From an uncultured Acholeplasmataceae bacterium (GTDB lineage: Bacteria > Bacillota_I > Bacilli_A > Acholeplasmatales > Acholeplasmataceae), in assembly GCA_964444805.1 (NCBI GenBank), contig CAYUIK010000038.1, positions 1 through 64,000 of the forward strand: a DNA stretch of 64,000 nucleotides, in the 5' to 3' direction. Shown one piece after another: positions 10,494 to 19,253 of this stretch. Numbering within the stretch: the stretch's first letter is position 1; each line of letters starts with the position of its first letter. The position numbers and the translations under genes are program-made. A model generated the notes under the pieces. The model searched no databases, was not told the origin of the DNA, and was given only the letters and a program-made list of their open reading frames with translations.

Positions 10494-10843
10494 TTTGAAT
10501 ATGTTCCATCTTTAAACTCAAAATAAGTAAATACGACAGGGAATGTAATGATCATTACCGTAAAGGATATCCAGAAACCATGTAAGTAGAAATTCAGATT
10601 TTGTGTAAAGATCTCTCCGATGAACAAACTGATCATTAGAACAAAGGTGATCAGAAGTGTTATCGCTGCTGTTTGAATCACTCTTTGTTTAAAGAACTCA
10701 TCAGGTGTAACGTGAAAATAATGAATGTATCCTATAAAAGCAAAAAAGCCAAATAAGTTACGACTATCCTGGAGTATAAAACCGAGTGTACCGACGATTG
10801 ACAAAAAACTCAAGAATCCCAAATAATTGATTTTTCTTTTCAT
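10490..10843 (-). CDS. Small polytopic membrane protein (DUF3796-like)
   Basis: 117 aa, four predicted TM helices, C-terminal FEFKDGTYSK. Translationally coupled on both sides. Paralogous to 8839..9201. Confidence 0.55.
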   Translation of the reverse strand: MKRKINYLGFLSFLSIVGTLGFILQDSRNLFGFFAFIGYIHYFHVTPDEFFKQRVIQTAAITLLITFVLMISLFIGEIFTQNLNFYLHGFWISFTVMIITFPVVFTYFEFKDGTYSK

Positions 10844-11589
10844 TTCATTTCCTCTTTTCTTTTTCTTCTTGAAATGATATGGGCAGTGAAAATCCCGATT
10901 GTCATTGCACTCGCAGTTGAATAAATGACGAATCGGATGTCGTCATAGAACAAGATTCGTATCGTTTGATAACCGAGTTTTGTGAACCAGGAGGGATGAT
11001 CGACATGTGTTATGACTTGATCGATCGAGAAAACGGATCCCGCTTGTGTACATTGGGCAGTTGACAATATTGTTGCGTGTTCAATCCTATAAGCTTCGTC
11101 TTCGTAAGTCGAAGTGATTCTCTGATCAGACCCGGTCAAGACGCCAGTTCGTGTTCGATAGGTAATCGATCCGTTCTCCCGCATATGGTCAAAGGTTATG
11201 ATCGGGTACTCGCCATTGGGGCGACTGAGGGGAGGGGAAATATGGTACCCCAAAATTTCTTTGATCGCTTCGGAACTCAATGCATCCAATTCATCCTCAA
11301 TTTGCTCAAATGCACGATCGATCGGTGCCCATATTGTTTTATCCGCCAAGAGCGGATCCGTCAAAATGTCGTAGCCTTCCGGATCGTGTTCTTCCAGCAA
11401 AGAAAGGAAGGTTGCATGCTGACCGGTTGCTTCCAATGCGTCGATTGCACTTAAACCCGTGCCCGCATCTTGACAAATAAATCGAGTGTCATCTTGGTCT
11501 GAATTTGCTGAAATTGAAAACGCTGGTTCAGCTGTAAAAACGAATAGCATGACGAATAGAATGGTAATCTTAGTCTTCATATGCTTCAT
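10840..11589 (-). CDS. Fasciclin (FAS1)-domain protein with N-terminal signal peptide and C-terminal TM anchor
   Basis: Signal peptide MKHMKTKITILFVMLFVFTAEPAFS. FAS1 motifs (TIWAPIDRAFEQI, ILGYHISPP). C-terminal hydrophobic helix followed by RRKRKEEMK. Confidence 0.6.
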   Translation of the reverse strand: MKHMKTKITILFVMLFVFTAEPAFSISANSDQDDTRFICQDAGTGLSAIDALEATGQHATFLSLLEEHDPEGYDILTDPLLADKTIWAPIDRAFEQIEDELDALSSEAIKEILGYHISPPLSRPNGEYPIITFDHMRENGSITYRTRTGVLTGSDQRITSTYEDEAYRIEHATILSTAQCTQAGSVFSIDQVITHVDHPSWFTKLGYQTIRILFYDDIRFVIYSTASAMTIGIFTAHIISRRKRKEEMK

Positions 11590-12095
11590 AATAAGCTTCT
11601 TTGTGTGATGAATATTTAACTATATGTTATAAATATACCACAAAAAAACTGTTATTTCAACGAAAGTGTTTTTTATTTGGCCGGTAAGAAAACAACACGG
11701 CCTGTGAATGCATAAGTATATAGGATATGTTCAATGAAGGATGTAACGGGTTTTTTCAACGAACATTATATATTCGAAAACCTGATTTCATATCATTTCA
11801 GGCGACTGGGGAAATACATCGCTTTGATCGAAGCGAAGTCAAGTTTCGACCGGATTTCAGCCTCGTGACGCTTCGGTGTCTTTCGAAACTTTGTGTAAAC
11901 GAAAACGTTTCGAAATATATTTTTATGATATAATCAGGTATAAGGTTGCATGCGGCAATTTCCTTATATGTGTTGCCACCTATGTGCTCGAACCAAATCG
12001 TAGCATAGCAATGTGTGTTTAAGAATCGGAGTTTTCATCATCTGCGAGTTGTTCCGACTGTCGAATTCAATGACTTGGGAATCGAGGTATATGAA

Positions 12096-12533
12096 ATGAA
12101 AGGAGTTATCAACCAATTGCAAATCCTGCAAAAGCAGTTTGATGAGAAAAGCCAAAAAAGGTATGGTATGCAAAATCTAGTCAATTTGGCCAAAAAATTG
12201 GATGAGGAATCCGATGATTTCGTCATGACTCGCATGACAACATTAATTGACGAACTTAAAAAGATCCGATCCGACAACAGCAAGAAAGCTTATTTCAACG
12301 TTTATAAGGACCTTAAAAAATACGTGAAAGAGACATACGGTTATGTACCGAAGGGGTCGGTTCAAGAAGCATATTTGACCTTTGGCATCGCCTTTGGCTT
12401 ATTGATCGGAATAGCTTTTATTGCGGTAAATACCGCATTACTGGCGGTTGGACTATCGATAGGCGTTGCATTGGGCCTCTCTCTTGGGGCGTCAAAAGAA
12501 AAAGAACTGGAAAAAGAAAACAAACTGTATTGA
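12096..12533 (+). CDS. Hypothetical protein with C-terminal membrane anchor
   Basis: Start at the ATG after AGGT (the track ORF begins at 12015). Charged, coiled-coil-like N-region and a C-terminal Gly/Ala-rich TM helix. No recognisable family. Confidence 0.45.
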   Translation: MKGVINQLQILQKQFDEKSQKRYGMQNLVNLAKKLDEESDDFVMTRMTTLIDELKKIRSDNSKKAYFNVYKDLKKYVKETYGYVPKGSVQEAYLTFGIAFGLLIGIAFIAVNTALLAVGLSIGVALGLSLGASKEKELEKENKLY

Positions 12534-12888
12534 TCATATGATTATGCGTTGCCAAAGCGACAGGAGTTTTGCTTTCCCCTGGTCCTCCCGGACGAGGTCT
12601 GTCGCATCTTCTTTAATCATGTTCTTATTGAAATTGATGCGTTTGCTTTTGACGGATCGATGTCCAAGGTTACTCAATGGTCAACCGGTATCACTCCGGT
12701 TCACTCATGAAGGTTAAGACGATCTTTTCTTCCATAAGCGCACGTGTTGTTATGAACGATTTGCATAATGCATGAAATAAAGCATCCGTCATGTCGGTTT
12801 TTGCTTGTTTTTTTTATTTTAGGTATATAATAAAAACATAGACACCACGATTATGGACATTAAAGAGTCTTCTTAATCGAGGAATGCG

Positions 12889-13908
12889 ATGAAAACCAAC
12901 GTTTCAAAGCATCAAGAGTGGTACAAAAAGAGCCACATCATCGGGCATTGGATTCGTGCGCTGACTTTAACCGTAGGCGCTGTTTTTGTTGTTGCCACGG
13001 TTGTTCCCAAACGTCCAGTTGCAACAATCGAAAACGTGCAAACGACCGAGCATTCTCTCAGCTACGAAATATTCGTCACCGACGAAGAGCGGGCGATCGT
13101 CAGTGGCGGTCTGTCCGTCGTTCTCTCAAATCAATTCGAGCGAAAAGAACGATCATTGAATCCGGGATACAGTTCCGGACGATTCGAAGATCTCGAACCC
13201 GGAGTGCTCTATACCGTCGAAGTCATTGCCAATCGCGGTTTCGGCGACGAAAGGCTCGCTTCAAAGAAAATGGAGACCGCACCTGCCAGAGAAGATATGA
13301 TATGGGTTCGCACCGATCTGAGAGAGAAAACAGATGATTACTATCTCTACTATGCCGATGTTGTTTTGAAACAATCGATCGATCGGTATGACGAGGTCTA
13401 TCTTGAGTTTGGATACGTCTTTCCCGATGGCCATTTCAGTCCTCATGAAACCTTTTCGATTGTTGACGCATTCACGCAGGTTTCCTTTGAGGTCTACGAT
13501 TACAATTATCAAGTCGTGCTCAGACTTATGGAACAGGGTGGTGAGGAAAGCCGGGTTTTGCATGAGAAGCGCTTTTACCCTCCTTTTCGATTGACGAGTT
13601 CGATTTATGTCGAGATGGTGTCCGAAGATGCTGTTCAACTCGTGCTTTACCCGGATTACGTAAGAGGAGTCGACACGATTTTCGATATCGTTTTGTATCG
13701 AGGGCAAATCGAGATTGAGCGTCACCGATTGACAGACGATATGATCGGGGATCCCTACATGCCTTTTGAAATCACATATGCAAACCTCGAACATCCATCC
13801 GAATACCATGTTGACCTATACGTGACCTATACGAACCCCGACACGGGGGTTTTCGAACATATGCATTTCAAAAGAATCGATATCGAGTCTTCGACCAGTG
13901 AACGATAA
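12889..13908 (+). CDS. Membrane-anchored extracytoplasmic protein with an FN3-like domain (hypothetical)
   Basis: N-terminal TM helix (ALTLTVGAVFVVATVV), then a beta-rich region with an FN3-like signature (TEHSLSYEIFV...LEPGVLYTVEVIA). Confidence 0.5.
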   Translation: MKTNVSKHQEWYKKSHIIGHWIRALTLTVGAVFVVATVVPKRPVATIENVQTTEHSLSYEIFVTDEERAIVSGGLSVVLSNQFERKERSLNPGYSSGRFEDLEPGVLYTVEVIANRGFGDERLASKKMETAPAREDMIWVRTDLREKTDDYYLYYADVVLKQSIDRYDEVYLEFGYVFPDGHFSPHETFSIVDAFTQVSFEVYDYNYQVVLRLMEQGGEESRVLHEKRFYPPFRLTSSIYVEMVSEDAVQLVLYPDYVRGVDTIFDIVLYRGQIEIERHRLTDDMIGDPYMPFEITYANLEHPSEYHVDLYVTYTNPDTGVFEHMHFKRIDIESSTSER

Positions 13909-13933
13909 ATCAAGGTTAAGGAGAGATTGAAAC

Positions 13934-14899
13934 ATGAAATTCAAAAATCGTCCCAAGCAGGAAAAAGTACGGATTATAACCGTTACGGTGATCATTTTTT
14001 TGTGTCTGTTTTTCGGAATGTTCGCCCCGATTATTTTTCCCGATACGATGTTCGCACAAATCATCGATCATAGTGTCGGGAAATTTTTCAATGTCTGGCG
14101 CTTCTTCGAAAACAACTATGTGACCATTTTGGAGAGTCTTACGATCGTTATTTTTGTTTGGATTGTCAATAGACTTCTTTGTCTGCTCATAGCCTTAATG
14201 ACGAAAAAGGGACATCGAAGTGAAACGATTGGCAATCTCATTACGAGTTCGATCAAGTATTTCAGCGTCATTCTCGCAATCTTTCTCATTTTGAGTGCCT
14301 GGGGTGTTCAGGATGCGACACTTCTTGCCGGTGCCGGTATTCTAGGACTCGCCCTCAGTTTCGGGTCGCAAAGTCTGATCGAAGATGTTATCGCCGGTCT
14401 TTTCATTATCTTTGAAAAGCAGTTTTCCGTGGGCGATTTTGTCAAGATCAATGACGTCTATGGAAATGTGAAAGACGTCGGTATTCGGATTACACGAATC
14501 GAAGATTCCAATGGAGACATTTTGATCATCAATAATTCCGATATACGCGGCGCGATTAACATGTCGAATTCACTATCGACCGCCATCTGCGATCTGTCAA
14601 TCTCCTATGATCAGGATATCGAAACGATCGAATCTCTAATCAAGGGACACCTCGATCAGGTCAGAAAGAATATTCCTTCGATCATCGAAGGTCCATATTA
14701 TTACGGGATTCAGAAACTCGGTGAATCGGCCGTCGTCCTGCGCCTCGTCGCCAAGACGGAGGAGATGACGCGCTTTGAAGTCGTTCGAGCGCTCAATCGT
14801 GAATTCAAAGTGCTCTTCGATCAAAACGGTATCGAGATTCCCTTTCCCCAGGTCGTCGTTCACCAGCCCAAGGAAAGCAAAATGGTTAAAAAAACGTAA
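13934..14899 (+). CDS. Mechanosensitive ion channel, MscS family
   Basis: Pore helix and beta domain signature (GLALSFGSQSLIEDVIAGLFIIFEKQFSVGDFVKINDVYGNVKDVGIRITRIED), with three N-terminal TM helices. Confidence 0.85.
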   Translation: MKFKNRPKQEKVRIITVTVIIFLCLFFGMFAPIIFPDTMFAQIIDHSVGKFFNVWRFFENNYVTILESLTIVIFVWIVNRLLCLLIALMTKKGHRSETIGNLITSSIKYFSVILAIFLILSAWGVQDATLLAGAGILGLALSFGSQSLIEDVIAGLFIIFEKQFSVGDFVKINDVYGNVKDVGIRITRIEDSNGDILIINNSDIRGAINMSNSLSTAICDLSISYDQDIETIESLIKGHLDQVRKNIPSIIEGPYYYGIQKLGESAVVLRLVAKTEEMTRFEVVRALNREFKVLFDQNGIEIPFPQVVVHQPKESKMVKKT

Positions 14900-15018
14900 A
14901 AAAACGTGCTTTACCATGCGATGCGTTTCGTATGATTTCGGTAAAGTATTCACGGGTAGTCCTATGAAAATCTGCGTTTCTCGTGTATAATGAAAAAGAA
15001 GTAGCAAGGAGGCAAACG

Positions 15019-16440
15019 ATGAAACGAAAAACAAAAATCATATGTACGATCGGTCCGGCGATTGACAACGATGACATGATCAGCAAGATGATCGATGCCG
15101 GAATGAACGTGGCAAGACTCAATTTTTCCCATGCCGACCACAAGGAACACGGGAATCGTATCAAAATGATTCGCCGGATTGCAAAAGAAAAGAACCGATT
15201 CATCGGGATCATGGCCGATACCAAAGGGCCCGAGATCAGAACCGGTCTTTTCGAAGATGGTTTCGCTACGTTTAAAAAGGGTGATGTCGTCGATGTCGTC
15301 AAGGAGAACGTCAAGGGCAATGCCAAACGTTTTCATATCGATTGTGACGAGCTTTACGCCGATGTCGAAAAGGATGATTATTTACTCATTGATGATGGAA
15401 AGATGCGACTCGACGTGATCGACGTGCATGATGATCGGATCACCTGCAAAGTGTTCAACAACGGAATCATCAAGAGTCGAAAGGGCGTCAACGTTCCCAA
15501 CGTCAAGCTCTCGATGCCTTTCATTTCCAAGAAAGACCGTGAGGATTTGATCTTCGTCGCCAATCAACAGGTTGACATGATCGCGCTTTCGTTCGTCAGA
15601 CGTAAGGAAGACGTCCTCGAAGTCAAGGAGATATTGAATCAGTTCGAAGGCCATACGATCGAGCTGATCGCCAAGATCGAGAATCAGGAAGGCGTCAATA
15701 ATCTCGACTCCATTCTTGAAGTCGTCGACGGTGTCATGGTCGCCCGTGGCGACCTCGGGGTCGAAGTATCGACACAGCTCGTTCCGCTCTATCAGAAGCG
15801 AATCATCAGACAGGCGAATCTCTACGGCAAACCCGTCATTACGGCGACTCACATGCTCGAGTCGATGATCTCATCACCACGGCCGACGCGTGCGGAAGCT
15901 TCGGATGTCGCGAACGCCATTCTCGACGGATCGGATGCGATCATGCTTTCAGGTGAATCCGCTGCCGGTGATTATCCGATCGAAGCGGTTCTAACGATGG
16001 ATACGATCGCCAAGGCGATCGAAGACAGCATTCCCTACTCGGATATCTTGCAGCGAGCGATCGAAACGAGTCACCGAAACGTCAATGACGCGATCGGTAT
16101 CGCCGTAAGCCAGACGGCGCTCGCCTTGCCGAAAGCGGAAGTCATCATTGCTTTCACGGAAACCGGTGGTACCGCACGACGCATGTCGAGGTTTCGACCA
16201 TCCGTACCGATTATCGCCATTACCGACAGTACCGATACGTGCAACCGTCTATCCTATTACTGGGGTGTATTCGCGACCAAGCGGGATAACGTTACCGATT
16301 ATGCGCTTTACGACCAAGTCGCCATCGATGTTGCGAGGGACTTCGGTTTCGAACCGGGAACGACATTGATCATGACGTCGGGATGGGCGCAGAAACACGG
16401 ATCGACCAATACGCTTCGAATCATCGATATCCCGGAATAA
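15019..16440 (+). CDS. pyk: Pyruvate kinase (474 aa, no C-terminal PEP-utilizer extension)
   Basis: MKRKTKIICTIGPA start after AGCAAGGAGG. Active-site motifs (MVARGDLGVE, NFSHG) are present. The track ORF starts earlier, at a GTG at 14983. Confidence 0.9.
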   Translation: MKRKTKIICTIGPAIDNDDMISKMIDAGMNVARLNFSHADHKEHGNRIKMIRRIAKEKNRFIGIMADTKGPEIRTGLFEDGFATFKKGDVVDVVKENVKGNAKRFHIDCDELYADVEKDDYLLIDDGKMRLDVIDVHDDRITCKVFNNGIIKSRKGVNVPNVKLSMPFISKKDREDLIFVANQQVDMIALSFVRRKEDVLEVKEILNQFEGHTIELIAKIENQEGVNNLDSILEVVDGVMVARGDLGVEVSTQLVPLYQKRIIRQANLYGKPVITATHMLESMISSPRPTRAEASDVANAILDGSDAIMLSGESAAGDYPIEAVLTMDTIAKAIEDSIPYSDILQRAIETSHRNVNDAIGIAVSQTALALPKAEVIIAFTETGGTARRMSRFRPSVPIIAITDSTDTCNRLSYYWGVFATKRDNVTDYALYDQVAIDVARDFGFEPGTTLIMTSGWAQKHGSTNTLRIIDIPE

Positions 16441-16446
16441 GACGCT

Positions 16447-16476
16447 ATAGGGTTCGTTCACAGAGCGAACCTTTTT
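16447..16476 (+). terminator. Rho-independent terminator after pyk
   Basis: GGTTCGTTCACAGAGCGAACC followed by TTTTTTA. Confidence 0.65.
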
Positions 16477-16527
16477 TACGTCGTTTTTTCTTGTTTCGTG
16501 CTATAATTTTTTTGTTGAGGTAGACGT

Positions 16528-17901
16528 ATGTTAAAAGAATTCATCGGTGATCGCCAATTTTATCGGAAACTCTTGACCGTCACGCTCCCGCTCGTCGTCC
16601 AACAGCTCATCACGTCATCGGTACAACTCGTCGATAATGTCATGGTCGGCCGCTTGGGCGAATCGCCAATCGCGTCGGTTTCCGTAGTGAACCAACTGTT
16701 TTTTATCGTGATCCTGATCACATTCGGTATCATGGGTGGTGCGGGAATCTATTCGGCTCAGTATTACGGTTCGAAGGATTACGAGAAACTGAGACAGACG
16801 TTTCGTTTCAAGATCCTCGCCGCAATCCTTGTCGGGATTCTTTCATTCACGGTATTCACTATATTCGGACGAACCCTGATCGGCGTTTTCACCGATCAGG
16901 AAGAAACGATTGCCGGGGGAATGGATTACCTCCGAGTCGTTCGTTTCAGCATTTTGCCCTGGGTGTTGTCGGTGGCGATCGCCAACACGTTCAGGGAAAC
17001 GGGAGTCACCAAACCGTTGCTATACATCTCGATCGTAGCGATTCTCGTCAACACGTCCTTGAATTTTCTTTTGATCTTCGGCTGGCTCGGTTTTCCCGCA
17101 CTCGGTATCGTCGGGGCGGCGATCGCGACGCTCATCGCCCGTGTTATCGAACTGTGTTTGACGCTTGTTCTTCTCATACGCAAAGGCAAGGTCTTTTCAA
17201 CCAGGCTCAAGGAGATTTTCCATGTGAACCGCGTCGTTCTTTCCGGCATTCTTCTCATGGCGCTTCCGCTTACGCTCAATGAAGGGTTATGGTCGCTCGG
17301 ACAAACGACGTTTTTACACGCCTATTCGACGCGGGGAGACAGCGCTTTGGCGGCGATGAACATCACGAATGCGATCTCGCAGATCGTATTCATTACTTTC
17401 GGGGCAATCGCTACCGGAGTTGCCGTCTTAGTCGGGAATACGCTTGGAAAGGGTGCGCTCGAAGAAGCGCGGGCGAATGCGAAAAAACTGATCGCCGTGT
17501 CGGTAGCTTTCGCCATGCTCATGGGTTCGATCCTTTTTCTACTCAGTTTTTTCGTCATCGACCTTTATGATATTACCGATTTCACGAAACGGACGGCTTC
17601 TTTCAATATTCGTATTAATGCCCTCTTCATTCCGATCTATTCATTCAACATGGCGCTCTATTTCATCTTGCGTTCGGGTGGGGATATGCGCTCGACGCTC
17701 ATGATGGATTCGGGATACATGTGGGTCGTCATGGTACCCATCGCCCTCCTGTTGGCCTATGCGACATCTCTTCCGGTAACAATCATGTTTTTGATCGTTC
17801 AATCCTTGGACGTACCCAAACTCTTTTTTGCCCTCAACCGCTACCGAAAAGGTTATTGGATCAGAAATCTTGCCATCGCAGAAATCAAGGATCGACTTTA
17901 G
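16528..17901 (+). CDS. MATE family efflux transporter
   Basis: 457 aa, 12 predicted TM helices and a MATE-like N-terminus (LPLVVQQLITSSVQLVDNVMVGRLG). Confidence 0.85.
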   Translation: MLKEFIGDRQFYRKLLTVTLPLVVQQLITSSVQLVDNVMVGRLGESPIASVSVVNQLFFIVILITFGIMGGAGIYSAQYYGSKDYEKLRQTFRFKILAAILVGILSFTVFTIFGRTLIGVFTDQEETIAGGMDYLRVVRFSILPWVLSVAIANTFRETGVTKPLLYISIVAILVNTSLNFLLIFGWLGFPALGIVGAAIATLIARVIELCLTLVLLIRKGKVFSTRLKEIFHVNRVVLSGILLMALPLTLNEGLWSLGQTTFLHAYSTRGDSALAAMNITNAISQIVFITFGAIATGVAVLVGNTLGKGALEEARANAKKLIAVSVAFAMLMGSILFLLSFFVIDLYDITDFTKRTASFNIRINALFIPIYSFNMALYFILRSGGDMRSTLMMDSGYMWVVMVPIALLLAYATSLPVTIMFLIVQSLDVPKLFFALNRYRKGYWIRNLAIAEIKDRL

Positions 17902-17984
17902 TTTTTCAACCATTCGATAGTTTCACATAAATCTATCAAAATAGGCTTTGATATGCTATAATATGTCTTGTTAGGAGTGATTAA

Positions 17985-19220
17985 ATGCCAAATTCAATCT
18001 TATTAAACAAGCTGGCAAAACTGGCTGTCGTTACGGGTGCGAATGTCCAAAAAGGACAAGAAGTCGTCATTCGTACGACAACCGAAGCCAAGGAACTCGC
18101 CCGCGAGGTCGCCAAGGAGAGTTATCGTGCCGGAGCCAAGCGTGTCAACGTTCAATGGAGCGATGACTTTATTAGCCATGATACTTTGGCGTATAGCGCT
18201 GTCGAAGTCTTGGAAGATATTCCGAAATGGCGCATCGACCAGGCCCAAAATTATGTGGATGAAGGCGCCTGTTTCATTTCCATCTCTTCGCCTGTTCCCG
18301 GTCTGAACAAGGACATCGATGGTATGAAGATGCAACGCTCAGGAATCGCGGCTCAAAAAGCGCTTTATTTTTTTCGTGAGTACCTCATGGGAAACCGTGG
18401 GCAATGGACGATCATCGCTGCACCGAACCCGATCTGGGCCAAACAGGTTTTCCCCAGTCTCGATGAGGAACAGGCCGTTGAGGCGTTATGGAACGCGATT
18501 TTCAAGGCTTCGCGCGTAACCGAGGACAACGATCCGATCGAGGAATGGAAGAAGCACAACCTGACGCTATCGAAACACAACCGGATACTCAATGACCACG
18601 CATTCAAGTATTTGCATTTCCAAAACGGACGCGGTACCGATCTGACGGTCGAACTCGTCGACGATCACGTCTGGGCCGGTGGAAAAGAAACGACAACGTC
18701 CGGTGTCGTGTTCAACCCGAATATTCCGACCGAAGAAAACTTCACGATGCCCTACAAGTGGGGAACGAAAGGGAAAGTCGTCGCGACCAAGCCTTTGAAC
18801 TACCAGGGCAAGCTGATCGAGGACTTCTGGCTCGTTTTCAAAGACGGAAAAGTTATCGACTATGATGCCAAAAAGGAAAAGGACACTTTGAAAAATATAT
18901 TGGAAACCGATGAAGGGAGTTCATACATCGGTGAAATCGCTTTAATATCCCATGACTCACCGATTTCGAACACGAATATTCTCTTTTTGAACACGCTCTT
19001 CGATGAGAACGCTTCGTGTCATATGGCACTGGGCAGAGCGTACCCGATGAACATCAAAGACGGCATCAATACCCCGATCGAAGAACTCGAAAAGCGGGGA
19101 TACAACAAGTCGATGGTCCACTCCGATTTCATGTTCGGAAGTGAAGACATGACCATTACCGGAATCAAAGCCGACGGAACTCGAATCAAGGTGTTTGAAA
19201 ACGGGAATTACATCATCTAA
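17985..19220 (+). CDS. Aminopeptidase, M29 (AmpS/PepS) family
   Basis: 411 aa; N-terminus MPNSILLNKLAKLAVVTGANVQKGQEV and overall M29 thermophilic-aminopeptidase architecture. Confidence 0.75.
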   Translation: MPNSILLNKLAKLAVVTGANVQKGQEVVIRTTTEAKELAREVAKESYRAGAKRVNVQWSDDFISHDTLAYSAVEVLEDIPKWRIDQAQNYVDEGACFISISSPVPGLNKDIDGMKMQRSGIAAQKALYFFREYLMGNRGQWTIIAAPNPIWAKQVFPSLDEEQAVEALWNAIFKASRVTEDNDPIEEWKKHNLTLSKHNRILNDHAFKYLHFQNGRGTDLTVELVDDHVWAGGKETTTSGVVFNPNIPTEENFTMPYKWGTKGKVVATKPLNYQGKLIEDFWLVFKDGKVIDYDAKKEKDTLKNILETDEGSSYIGEIALISHDSPISNTNILFLNTLFDENASCHMALGRAYPMNIKDGINTPIEELEKRGYNKSMVHSDFMFGSEDMTITGIKADGTRIKVFENGNYII

Positions 19221-19253
19221 ACGAGCTTAACCAGCCGGAAAGCAGGTGTCACC

